Shown: positions 38,210-51,700, counted from the first letter of the stretch. The stretch: DNA of 64,000 nucleotides from Selaginella moellendorffii (GCF_000143415.4 NW_003314284.1:310001-374000), one strand, 5' to 3'. The notes: generated by a model not told the origin, from the letters alone. A program made the numbers and translations.

Positions 38210-38445
38210 GCTGTCGTTCTCCAGCAAGCTCAAGGTAGCCCAGCGCCCTCAGCATGCACACTGCAAGCACTGAGCAAGCTGATCAACGCCACGGCATATG
38301 GCGTGCTCGTCACCAGCTCCTGCGCTCAATCCAATTGCCCCGCCCGCCTCAGCAGATCCACCAGGCACAAGAAATGCACCAGCACGGGCTCCATTCCAAA
38401 ATCGCACACCATGGATCGAAACCTTGCGCAACATCCCTCCATGGC
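38210..38445 (-). pseudogene. PLS-E class PPR gene fragment
   Basis: FRSMVCDFGMEPVLVHFLCLVDLLRRAGQLD*AQELVTSTPYAVALISLLSACSVH, the S2/E-region signature with an in-frame stop. Confidence 0.8.
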
Positions 38446-38899
38446 ACCCCAATCCGCTGGAGCTTCATCCTCTGGAGCACCCTCGTTTGCATACACACTC
38501 ATTTGTATACACACTCATCGATGCACTTCTGTTCAGCAGCTTCCCAGTTTCTCCATGCAGATTCCTATCAAGAAAAACACTAAGAGGAACTCGGACATAG
38601 GACTAATACCTTTTTGAATTTGTCCACTTGCCTCTGAAATAACCCCAAGCAGTCTGTGGCTCCTTTGGCGCAATTGCAGCTTTGCATTCCACCATATCGA
38701 AATAGCAATGATCACAACTATCTTGAGTTAATTGTCCTTGTTCTTGACAATCTGCTTATGAAATCAGCACAATGCTCCATCAAACTTGAAGATTGGTTCA
38801 CAGGTAGGGCGAGCCCATTCCCGCCCATTAGCCCACCGAGTGTGTTCTAGTGGGAATGTACGAGCCCATGCCTGTGAACTGCCTTAATGGGCATGTGGC

Positions 38900-41800
38900 A
38901 AGCCTATTGAGCAATACACATGGCACCCAGATTTAAGTCAATCAAATTAAATATTGCTACATGTATAAAGTTTTGATAAGTAGTACATGTTCTTGAGAAC
39001 ATAACTACCAACTGCTGGGTGGGTAGTACATATTCTAGAACATATTTACAGGCCACATAAGGTAATAGTGACTTAATTCTAGCAAATAATAAACCTCAAT
39101 CCCAACAATTGAATCAACTTAACAGCCAAGCCGTTAGAGAATAGGTTAAAGGCTTTAATTAGGCCATTACTGCCTAAAATGGGCAAGTTATGGGGTGTTA
39201 TTTGTAAACTGATGCTCCATGAAAAATATGGCATTACCTTATTGGTCCTGGCAGAATATTTTACATATAAAATTGGATATTCTCTGCATGAAAACATATA
39301 TTCAGGTGAAAACACATATTCTATGCATGAAATAGAATATTCCCACTAGATTTTTGAAGGATATTCCCTAGAATCTAGTGGATGTGATATCAGGATTGTC
39401 TCAGAAGCACTTCGTCTCAGAAGTGATTAATGCACTTTATCCATGCACACCAATGATGATTCTCATTGACAATGTAAAACATTTTCCCCACATATTATTG
39501 AGTCTCAAGATGGCTCATAAGCATGTTATTAAATTTGTAAGACTTCATTTTCCAAATATCATCCCAAACTCTCTTGATTTCCAACCCTAAACCAAAAGGG
39601 CATTTGTTATTCTTGGCTTTGAAGACCAAAACAAGGAACATATCTATGTTTGTCTCAAGGTTGTTTAGTTTGTAAAGACTATAGATGTCCAGACATGAAT
39701 TTGATGTATACAGACTTTTAATATTGTATAAAATAGTCCTTTATACTTCATATAGACCTTATTATAACAATGTTAATCAATGATAGATACTAGAATAAAA
39801 TCAGATAATCTTTTATACTTTTAATAGACCTTATCATAAAAGTTTAAACTCCCAAAACCTAAAGGCAATAAAATAGAGAATTTCCTTCTGCATTACCAAA
39901 AGCTTTTTCCCAAATTCTTATTTCAAAAAAGTTTTCTTTTCTAACATTTTAATCTTTCTCTCGGTTCTATTTTATTGGAGGTTGTGATTCACAATAACAT
40001 TAATGCAGTTTGAATGATTGGAGTTTCTTCTTTTGAGTGTAGGTAAAGGTGGACAACATTGGGATTTGCAAAATTTTAAATTTGAGTTTTTAGATCTCCA
40101 ATCAAAATACAAAACTATGATTATGATAAATCAAATATGAAATAAGTGTCGGTCATCATTATTTTCTTCTTTTCTACTTCTAATGGAGATGTCAGTCCAG
40201 TGCTAGCTAAAAACTTACCAACTCTAATTTCACCGATGTTCAAAATTGTTTGCAATGCTTTCCAATTTTTTCACCTTTCTATTGACATGCACTCGTTTTT
40301 GCATAGGCCCGTGAGCAAACTCCCATCCATATACAAATAGCAACATCTTCTTTGAACTACCACTTCCTGTCAACTCAAAACAAAAAGGGATAGAGACCAA
40401 GTAAAACATCTACAATTAATGCAAGATCAAGATTACACACTTTTAACATTTCAAAAGCACAATATTTATGGTTCATTATAGTGGAAATTTAGATTGTGTG
40501 AATGAAATATGCAATCAAGAGTGTGGTAAAAATTCTATAATTTTTTAAGGATATGCAATCAATCATTTCATTAGTGTTGGATTCAAGTGCCAATTTTGCA
40601 AGAATGCTCCATTGTATCATGCCATTGTGGGGCCAGGATGTACTATTTTCTTTCATGAGATAGAGAGGTTGGTAGAGTTATAGTACATATTGACACATAC
40701 ATATATATAATGGATGAAGGGATAGAAAGGAGTTTAGTCAACATTTCAGAGATGTAGTATTAATAGAAACTATAAGAAACTCATTTACAACTCTAAAGCA
40801 TATTTAAAAGACAATGCTAAAAGACTTTATCACAAGCATTTTACTCAATTTGGGTTGCAAACTAAATGAGGCTAGCTTGTGGGAGCTATTACAATGTATG
40901 TAATTTGCAACTAGCCTCAAGAGGTAGGAAAATAATATTACATACTTTCAATAACATCTCTTTTACATTTTGTTTTATTTAGGATAATATCTTAGATGTA
41001 TAAATCTCAAAAGGGGGAAACTATAGTGAAAAATTGACTCTATCCTTGAATTAAAACAGATTTGTCCTTATGAGTTTATCCATAAGAGTTTATTTCCAGA
41101 TCAAGTTGTTAGTGAGTAGGAGTGCCCTTTCATCTTTAAAATATCTACCATATGCCCCACCTATGGTGTAGATCTTATTTCCTAAATGGATGTGTTTGGA
41201 TCAAGTGATATTATTAATGCATGGGTACATTTTGACTATATAGAGCGGGTATTAAGTTGAACAACCATGGGAGCTCATATGTATGATCCAAGGTAGTTAT
41301 TTTGTCTCACTATCTTTACCTTTTTTATAGGCTACATTCCAACTTGACAATTGTAGTAGCAAAGTTTAAAGTACAAGATTAGATGGCTTAAGAAATATTT
41401 TGGAAGTCCCTCTCTAGCATTGTATTGAAGTGGATTGGTAAATTTGCCAACTCTCGTGGTTTCATAGCAAATGGGGTTAAAGTTAATTGGAATGACATTC
41501 GGGTTAATTTTTGGGAATGATCAACCCCTAAAAGGTCGTGAGAGGACTTGTGAGTTCCATTAAGCTTAAAGCCTAAATTAGCACTACCACCTTATCAAGT
41601 TAGATTTTCAATTAGCATTTAAGGAGTTATGCAAACAATGGTAAATTGCACAAGATCATAAAGCAAAAACAAACGAGATCCAAATATGGTGGTGTGAAGA
41701 TGGCTATATGGATATAAGTTGTTTACCACAACATAAAGTATGGTTGAGGTGGTGGGAAGTTAGAATATTCTAATGATGATATCACTCTCTTTAAGCTAAT

Positions 41801-43346
41801 TTTTCTTTTTTTCTTCTCTATTTTTTGCTTTTTAATATTATCTTTTCCATTAGGACCAACCACTTAAGGATCTTGCATACACTTTATTTGTGAATCTCTC
41901 AAAGAGTAAATATTGAAGCTAACATTCCTCTAAGGCAAGAAAGGGGAAGATGAGTCTATACGAAGCATGTCTATCAAATTTGATATGTGTTATAGAATAG
42001 TCTTCAAAAGTCTTAGCATTTGAGGAAGGAAAATACATAAAAAAAAGACTTTTGATTGAGATGTTATATGATAGGATGAAGAAGAAAGTGACTCCACTAG
42101 CACGAACAGTGGCAACTGTAGTGGAGAAAGTGGTCTGCAGCACATCTATAGAGTACATTCTTTGGACTTCTATTAGTGACATGAAGATTATCCACTCAAA
42201 GCATTGTTTCTCCTTTGCTAGTGACGATATTGGCACAGATCTTAAAGCAAAAGTTTTCACAAACCTGATGTTGAGTACTATTCTAATCCAAAATACCGCC
42301 TCCAAATTGAGCCACTTCAAATAGCTAATGAAAAGAGTGTATCACAATAAATTGAAATCGCTTAATATAGTGTGAAACTAAAGCAATGGGCAATCTGCCA
42401 CATGTTAGCAAAATCTAATGTAAAGTGTGTGAGAATGCTTCAAAGAGGTAAATGTTGAGCCTAAATCTGTAGTCAAAAATCTACTTCTATTCTAATCCTA
42501 TGTTTCTGAAAAACTAAAGCAAATAAAATTTTTAAGATGCTGTTGGCTATATTGCTGCAACATTAATGCCAACTATAGAAAGTGGCTTGAAAACACTATA
42601 CTGATTAAACCTGATGTAATACCTAAAGAATGGCCAATTGTTAATAGGGTCACACTCACCTCAAATGAGATTGAAAATCTTGAGAAATTTGGTTTTAATA
42701 TTGAGATGAGAGTTGGAGACATAAGTGACAAAATTGGGAGTGTTCCCATATAGATGCATAAGAAGCCAATAAGAAAAAGAAAGGCACTTAAATTTATTGA
42801 TAACATCTCCAAGTAAAAGCAAAGTAAAATAAACTTGGGTCAAATGTTTGAGTATGAGATTTTCTCCACAAAGTACATCACTGCACTTATAAAGGAGTAC
42901 ATTGTTAGAACATAAGGTGAAAAGTATACAATCACCATTCAAAACCTTCCTTGTTGCATATGTTTAGACTTTATGAAGCACAAGGAATATGGGAAGGTAT
43001 ATGCTCCTTGCAAGCATATATATTATATCTTCATTAACATTTTGCATCAGAATCATAAAATAGATGTTCATATACACCAAACAAACCTTACTATTGTTGA
43101 GTTGTAAAAGACCTTTAAAGCTAACTAGATTTTCCAAGACTATTGATGTTTATTCTCAATCAATAATATAAATTTAATATACTTTATATAATTAATAAAA
43201 AACTTTTTTTCATTTCACTTTTTATTTCATATACATGTGAGTGTTCTTTTCATAATATTGCCCATAATACTCGTGTATCTCCATTTCTATCTTTACCATC
43301 TCAAAAAATATTTTATAGTAGTCTTTCAAGTAAGTGATATAGCAAT
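38900..43346 (+). mobile_element. Decayed Mutator-like (MULE transposase + SWIM) element, interrupted by an LTR element; related DNA probably continues at 53714-55300
   Basis: Broken frames give GFIANGVKVNWNDIR..GRERTCEFH (~41455-41560), VWLRWW (~41740), KMSLYEAC (~41950) and SWIM finger YTITIQNLPCCICLDF..PCKHIYYI (~42925-43030). Left boundary approximate. Confidence 0.75.
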
Positions 43347-44931
43347 TGTAAGCGACTAAATTTTCCATTCTACTTTAGTCACTTAACCACACCTCCGACC
43401 ACTTGGAGGAGTCTCAATCACAACCTCCATAAGTCCATTTCAGGACTTGGGACTTCCTAGCCTCGAGAATGGCATCCATGCCACTCAACATTTGCACTTG
43501 GTCCAAGTGCTCCACATGTCCGATCCCATGACCGACACTCAAAAGTACCACCGACATGGCAGCCTGTTACGCTAAGGCCATGCCCAATCACCTTTGCCAC
43601 ACTGGTAGTCCAATACCACTTGTATCACAGTCTTGGCTCTCCAAGACTAGGCAAACCATCCATGAGTGGTCATCTCGGATCCACTATTTAGCATCCTTAG
43701 GATGCCCACCAACATGGGGAATAGCCTTCCCCAATATCCCTCTATCAGTCCCCACTAAGTCCCTTTCTGCCCCTGGCCGTGTTTGCCAAAACTGCCACTG
43801 GATCGAGGCCCACAGGCCCAACCACTAAGTCCCACGGTCCTCTGGGACTTCCTCACCACACGACTGTGTCCTTGGTCACTACCCTAGAGGACTGCTCCTC
43901 TTCCTTTCCACAGTCTGGGCCTTTGGGACAACATTTCGAAACACCATGGCCTTACACGAGCCACCTGGGTACTCTCCCCGCCTTCCGCCCTTGGGTGCTC
44001 TAGCCATGGGCTTAGAGCAAGGTTCTGTTGAGCCACGCCTAGTATCCAAGTAGGTAGTGCCACCCACACTTGGACTGGGAGCATCTGTCAGTCGATCTCC
44101 CGGGGGAACTAGAGCCGGCTCTTGAACACTTCACCAAGCTACCCCGCTTGTCGGTCCGTGTTCACTCTAGTCTTGGACTTCCCAGTGGTCAGCTCATCAC
44201 CCAACACTGGGTCTAGCCTTCTTGGGCCAAACTGGCCTTTCCTGGCCAAACTGGGCTCACTGGGCTCCAACCCCCCACACTCTCCCTACTATACTTTTGG
44301 AACCCCCCGCAGCCCCCCCCCCCCCCCCCCNNNNNNNNNNNNNNNNNNNNNNNNNNNNNNNNNNNNNNNNNNNNNNNNNNNNNNNNNNNNNNNNNNNNNN
44401 NNNNNNNNNNNNNNNNNNNNNNNNNNNNNNNNNNNNNNNNNNNNNNNNNNNNNNNNNNNNNNNNNNNNNNNNNNNNNNNNNNNNNNNNNNNNNNNNNNNN
44501 NNNNNNNNNNNNNNNNNNNNNNNNNNNNNNNNNNNNNNNNNNNNNNNNNNNNNNNNNNNNNNNNNNNNNNNNNNNNNNNNNNNNNNNNNNNNNNNNNNNN
44601 NNNNNNNNNNNNNNNNNNNNNNNNNNNNNNNNNNNNNNNNNNNNNNNNNNNNNNNNNNNNNNNNNNNNNNNNNNNNNNNNNNNNNNNNNNNNNNNNNNNN
44701 NNNNNNNNNNNNNNNNNNNNNNNNNNNNNNNNNNNNNNNNNNNNNNNNNNNNNNNNNNNNNNNNNNNNNNNNNNNNNNNNNNNNNNNNNNNNNNNNNNNN
44801 NNNNNNNNNNNNNNNNNNNNNNNNNNNNNNNNNNNNNNNNNNNNNNNNNNNNNNNNNNNNNNNNNNNNNNNNNNNNNNNNNNNNNNNNNNNNNNNNNNNN
44901 NNNNNNNNNNNNNNNNNNNNNNNNNNNNNNN

Positions 44932-46975
44932 CTCCATATCGGACTCAGACTCGGCTCGGTCTCGGCTCGGTCTTGGTCTCGGTCCCGGTTACTGTCCATC
45001 TCGGACTCCATCTTGGACTCCATCTCGGACTCCATCTCGGGTCCATCTCGGACTCTATATCGGATTCCATCTCGGGTCCATCTCGGCGTCCATATCGGAC
45101 TCCATATCGGACTCCACTTCGGGTCCATCTCGGATCCATCTCGGACTCCATATCGGACTCCACTTCGGGTCCATCTTGGACTCCATCTTAGACTCCATAT
45201 CGGACTCCACTTCGGGCCTATCTCGCACTCCATCATGGACTCCATATCGGACTCCACTTCGGGTCCATCTCGGACTCCATATCGGACTCCACTTCGGGTC
45301 CATCTTGGACTCCATATCGGACTCCATATCGGACTCCACTTCGGGTCCATCTTGGACTCCATATCGGACTCCATCTCAGACTCCACTTCGGACTCCATAT
45401 CAGACTCTATATCGGACTCCACTTTGGGTCCATCTCGGACTCCATATCAGATTCCATCTCGGACTCCACTTCGGACTCCATATCGGACTCCATATCGGAC
45501 TCCACTTCGGGTCCATCTCAGACTCCATATCGGACTCCATCTCGGACTCCACTTCGGGTCCATCTCAGACTCCATATCGGACTCCATCTCGGACTCCACT
45601 TCGGACTCCATATCGGACTCCACTTCGGGTCCATCTCGGACTCCAACTCAGATCCGCCTCGGACTCCACTTCGGGTCCATCTCGGACTCCATATCGGACT
45701 CCATCTCGGACTCCACTTCGGACTCCATATCGGACTCCATATCGGACTCCACTTTGGGTCCATCTCGGACTCCATATCGGATTCCATCTCGGACTCCACT
45801 TCGGACTCCATATCGGACTCCATATCGGACTCCACTTCGGGTCCATCTCGGACTCCATATCGGACTCCACTTCGGGTCCATGTTGNNNNNNNNNNNNNNN
45901 NNNNNNNNNNNNNNNNNNNNNNNNNNNNNNNNNNNNNNNNNNNNNNNNNNNNNNNNNNNNNNNNNNNNNNNNNNNNNNNNNNNNNNNNNNNNNNNNNNNN
46001 NNNNNNNNNNNNNNNNNNNNNNNNNNNNNNNNNNNNNNNNNNNNNACTTCGGACTCCATATCGGACTCCATATCGGACTCCACTTCGGGTCCATCTCAGA
46101 CTCCATATCGGACTCCATCTCGGACTCCACTTCGGGTCCATCTCAGACTCCATATCGGACTCCATCTCGGACTCCACTTCGGACTCCATATCGGACTCCA
46201 CTTCGGGTCCATCTCGGACTCCAACTCAGATCCGCCTCGGACTCCACTTCGGGTCCATCTCGGACTCCATATCGGACTCCATCTCGGACTCCACTTCGGA
46301 CTCCATATCGGACTCCATATCGGACTCCACTTTGGGTCCATCTCGGACTCCATATCGGATTCCATCTCGGACTCCACTTCGGACTCCATATCGGACTCCA
46401 TATCGGACTCCACTTCGGGTCCATCTCGGACTCCATATCGGACTCCACTTCGGGTCCATGTTGGACTCCATATCGGACTCCATATCGGACTCCACTTCGG
46501 GTCCATCTTGGACTCCATATCGGACTCCATCTCAGACTCCACTTCGGACTCCATATCAGACTCCATATCGGACTCCACTTTGGGTCCATCTCGGACTCCA
46601 TATCAGATTCCATCTCGGACTCCACTTCGGACTCCATATCGGACTCCATATCGGACTCCACTTCGGGTCCATCTCAGACTCCATATCGGACTCCATCTCG
46701 GACTCCACTTCGGGTCCATCTCAGACTCCATATCGGACTCCATCTCGGACTCCACTTCGGACTCCATATCGGACTCCACTTCGGGTCCATCTCGGACTCC
46801 AACTCAGATCCGCCTCAGACTCCACTTCGGGTCCATCTCGGACTCCATATCGGACTCCATCTCGGACTCCACTTCGGACTCCATATCGGACTCTATATCG
46901 GACTCCATATCGGACTCCACTTCGGGTCCATCTCGGACTCCAACTCAGATCCGCCTCGGACTCCATCTCGGACAC
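44932..46975. repeat. 11/12-bp minisatellite array in the 3' LTR, with 578-bp higher-order period
   Basis: Units TCGGACTCCATA, TCGGACTCCATC, TCGGACTCCACT and TCGGGTCCATC. Marker AACTCAGATCCGCC at 45645, 46223, 46801 and 46942. Confidence 0.95.
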
Positions 46976-48114
46976 TTCCACGTGTCATGTGTTGGTCCTT
47001 TTTGGGTCCCTTTTTGGAGCCTTGCTTATTGGTTGCCTCGTGCTTGATCCTCGAGCACTTTGTTGGGAGTTCCACTCCTGCTTTCGATCTTCCAAGTCGG
47101 AGCGTTTAGTCCAAACGTGTTATGCTCTTTGGCTTTCGCCTCGGCCACTACCACGTGGCACCCTTTCCGGCTCCACTTTGGGGCCTAGGGATTTTGTGTC
47201 TCACAACTCCACCACCCATAGACGAAGTTCGATGTCCTCATCGAACGATAAACTGTTTTATAAAGTAACACCCGCATGTGTTACCATTTCCATCCTTGGC
47301 ACCTAGCCAATATTTGTCAATAGTTTGATATTGAAGGCTCACCATGCCTTCTCCATATTCGTCAATGGTTTGACACCAAAGGCTCATTATGCCTTGCCCA
47401 TCCTCTAAGGAGCATAGTCTTTCCAACATAGAGATTTATTCGACCACTTGGGGTGGTTTACTCCCTTTTATTGGTTCAATTCTCACTAAACCTGTTAGAG
47501 ACATCTTCTCTAACTCAATTCCCACTACTCATTCTCGAGTGGTCTCAGTTCCCATTGATATAACTTTTGCACTTTGGAACTTTGAATTTTGACTTCTTGG
47601 AGTCAATTTCCTAGGTGTCTCCGACACCTTGCCTTGCACCTTTTGTGCAACTCCACTTCCTATCCTAGGAAGTTCTCTACTCGAGGGCACCATCATCCTC
47701 TCTTCTATTTCGTGCCACCCTGGGGCACTAAGTTCCAGTTATCATACTTTGTGCTAGGGCTGTTCATGGCCCTATCATTTGGCTACCTTACTGCTCCCTC
47801 CCTTGGACCTTCCCCTTTCGCCAAATCAAAGCAATTCGGAATCCATCATTGGAAACACACTTCCTTTCCCGCAATTTGTTAGCGTCTAACACATTAGTGT
47901 TCCTCACCTAACTTTGCTACTTGGATTCCTTCCAAGGGATTCCACGGCCCTATCTTGGCCACTCATCTTTTGCTCCTATCCGTTGATTGTTGCACCAAGC
48001 AACACCGAATCTCTACCTCCCTCCTTGAGGTATTCTTTTGATTCCATAGCAAAGGCTTTGCTTTGCCAAGACTAGGGTGTTCACCCCTAGTAAGTCTTTT
48101 TAACATCTTCTGCT

Positions 48115-48707
48115 TGTAAGCAACCAAAGGGAACGACTCGAGAGACGATCCATGGGGTTCAAATATAGAGGGAAAGGGCCCATGAAAAAGAGTGCACCCC
48201 CTTTTCCAATCGGTTAAGGGTCTTGGGATAGTTGGAGTTAAGCGTCTTTGGGTTTGAATAGTACCGGGCTGGGTGACCTCCCGGGAAGTCCAAACTCAGG
48301 AGCTTACATTTGGTATCAGAGGAGTCTCGGGTCCGACTCTATTGGTTGGCTAAGGGAATCACACCACATATTGATTGACATCTGGCTGGTCCAGTTTGCT
48401 CCCGCTGGGCTCGACCCGAGGGGTAGGGTGTCAAGAGAGCGAGGCTCTCGGGAGAGCTGTGGCTCTCAGCTTCCGTTCACGAGGGCGTGAACTTGCAGGG
48501 AAGCGTGGTGGATTGTAAGCAACCAAAGGGAACGACTCGAGAGACGATCCATGGGGTTCAAATATAGAGGGAAAGGGCCCATGAAAAAGAGTGCACCCCC
48601 TTTTCCAATCGGTTAAGGGTCTTGGGATAGTTGGAGTTAAGCGTCCTTGGGTTTGAATAGTACTGGGCTGGGTGACCTCCCGGGAAGTCCAAACTCAGGA
48701 GCTTACA
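48115..48707 (+). mobile_element. Cassandra-type TRIM with 5S rRNA-derived LTRs
   Basis: 194-bp LTRs at 48115-48308 and 48514-48707 (TGTAAGC...GCTTACA, 2 mismatches). Perfect TSD CTGCT. PBS TGGTATCAGAG at 48311. 205-bp non-coding interior. Each LTR holds a 5S A-box to C-box block. Confidence 0.95.
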
Positions 48708-51700
48708 CTGCTGTGGGCTCTATCCATGGCCTAACTTTGTGACCCTCCCATAGGTCTCTTTAGAGACTACTTTCCTTGGACACACTATGCCATCGCAATG
48801 ACATAGCTCATTTCCCTAAGGTGCTTTTCCCACTTGGTCACCTTGACCAAGCCACACCATCATCAATAGTTTAAATCAACACTTTGAACTAGGAACCTTA
48901 TTCCTTAGCCCAAACAAGGACCTTGTCCTTATTTAGCCACAAGATCACCTAGTAATCTCACCTCGGCACCTTAACAGGTTTCCTAATAGGTACTAGGTCT
49001 TCCAGACCTTTAACTTGTTAACTACGACCCCAGGGGCATCCCCCACACTTGGCGGTGCGCCCAAGCCAGCCCTTCCGGCCAAGGGTCCATAGCAACTGAG
49101 ACTGGGTGTCCCCATCTCATTCACCACGTCCTTGGTGCCACTTGCACCAAAGTGTTCAAGTTAGATATGCTGAGCCACACTAAGCAATCTAACCGTGCAT
49201 CACGACTCCGAGGCATCCTTCGCTTGGCGGTGTGCCCAAGCCAGTCTCCACACTGAGAGTCCATGACCACCGAAAAATGAGTGTCCTCATATTCCAAACC
49301 ATCACCACGCCCTAGTGAGTTGGGACTCGAACCCAAGCACTAGAGGGTCGGGACTCGAACCCAACCTCCGTATATGCATCTACGGACGGCATCACTCAGG
49401 ATGCCTGGCGTGACTCCCCACGCCGGTGCACCAACTTATACTCAAAGCACGCTATAGATCACAGCTTAGGAACCTAGTTCTTCCCCACTGCCAAGTCCTC
49501 TCACTTGACAAGCCTGTGATCATGCATGGACTCCTCCATGCTTGGCCCCATGGCCCACCCTTTTTGAAGTTATCACCTTCAACTAGGGTATTTGTTCCCC
49601 TGACTTGCCAATCTCGCTTTGGCAAGTCCTCCGACCACTGTAACATGGTTCCTACACAAGCGTGAAAGCCCTTGATCATCGACTTTCGTTCAAAACCTTC
49701 TCTTTGAACACTCGGGAACTACTTCCCTAACCTTGATAGCCTTGCCTCATGGCAAACTTCAAGACCACGCTTCTGCTGCGCCACTCTGATTTCGCGCATT
49801 CCTTGAACCATTTACGCTTGGCCTTTCTAGGTACTAAGCTACCTAGAATCCTCTTTGGGAACCTTGAAGGAACTCTGTCCCTTAGCTTGCTAAAGCCTCC
49901 CTTTTTGCAAGCTTTCCAATTACCATATAGTCTAACATGGACAATTCCATATTTTAGACTCTCCATAGCATCACAGTTGCTAGCGGCAACACCCTCGAGC
50001 CCCCACTTGATTCTCCACTCCCAGTTGGCATAACCAACCTTGGTTATGCCCTTCAATTCCTATGGTTCAGTTCTATCCCCTTACTTCTTGCTTTTGGCTT
50101 CACACCTTTCCTTCGGTCATTCTCCTCCAGACTAGGAGGATAGCTTTGCACTTTCTATCATGCCTTAACAAGTATTCTTAGGGATGAACTTACCCGATAG
50201 CCTAGGGAGTGGTTTCTCAATCTAGGTATGCTCACCCTATAATCCCACACACCGGGATTACGTTGTTGCTTATAGGCCTTTGCATGCCCATTGCTAGCCT
50301 TGCCAAAATTCCATTTTTGGCTTTGTCCAATTCGAGTAGACAGTCTTCTCCTGTCTCCACCACCTTGGACATTTGGATAGCACCTACTATCCATCATTCG
50401 CTAGAGACTTAGTCCCTTGGGCCTTATCTACTGCCCTCGTGAAATCAAACACCACCTCCTGGCGTGCTAGAGTGTTCGGGTATCCCAATGATGACTCCTT
50501 GACAATGAGTATTTCCTTTTATGACATTGACTTACTATATCGCAACATAAGCAACTTATCCCCCGTAAGGGTATATTCAACTTCCCTATGCCATTAAGAA
50601 GGCTTGGGTAGCTACCTTCTACTCGTTTACCCAATTATTTTGCACCTCTTGCTTAGTTGCCTTGTAGTTGTTAAGTCCTACAATTCATTGCTGGTGCTTC
50701 CACACCTCCATCATTATCTGGGTCACCACACTCCAACTGCATGCTCTACAGCTTAGGCTATGCCATTCCCATTTCTATTGGGATTCCTTTGGCAAGGGGT
50801 TCTCATGAACCCACCAACATAGCCTCAAGGTATCACACCTTAGCACATTTGGTGTTTCCACACCATCGGCTCCACGAGTTTACCTCTATGACACTTCTTC
50901 TTTGTGTCTAAGTCTTTGCCAAGACCAATACCACTCTTTCTCATGCCAACCATCCGTTAGCATTGCACCATAGAGTTCACACATAACTTTGTGTCAAAGT
51001 TGTTTTCTTTTTGGGAACACCTTTCCCACGACTTTAGCATGACACATTTTGCCATCAATGAGATACCCTCTGTTCTCATCCTTGGATCCTATGATCCCCC
51101 CCATCCTTTGTGGGGTACAACACACCTCAGTCCAAATGCTTCCATCAGTCCTCTTAGGACCATCCCTTGACTCTACTTGAGTCATCCAGCAGTTTTGGAC
51201 TTGGTTAATCCACAGACCTGTAAGGTCCTACTTGTGAGGCACTAGCTCACTGGAATACACTTCTTGCATTCCTGTCCTACTCAAAAGGACTATTTTCACA
51301 AGTGTTACTCTGACACTTGATTTTGTTCTCTGGGGCAACCTTTGCCCCTTAGGACTATTTGTCCATGTGATGAGAATACCACTCATCTCTAAGTAAACCC
51401 CCCAACTCCTTGGGTTGTTCCAGCATTTATTAAAGGTAGCCCCGGCTACCATTTCAAAGACTTGTGTCCTCTTCTGTATTTGACCTCCCACGGTCATCAA
51501 TTCCAGTCTCAAATTTATGAGCACTTGCCTCAACTATGTGAGGATAATCTTATGACTCCTTTATTGTTTTGGAGTCTCTATCTTTCCCATGATCCCAACT
51601 GTAGTTGTTTACCACAACTACCTTAGTCAATTTGATGAGCCAAATGCTCATCTGGATCACATCCTCAACTTAATAAGGAAAACCTTGCACTGTTCCCAAG

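Noticed and set aside
44122-47306. Very long ORFs (995, 941, 324 aa and their antisense partners)
   Set aside because: They are translations of N-gaps and a stop-poor 12-bp minisatellite inside an LTR.
48236-48291. Functional 5S rRNA gene
   Set aside because: Only the internal promoter half is present. The 5' ~50 nt, the 3' end and the oligo-T terminator are missing, and it lies within TRIM LTRs.
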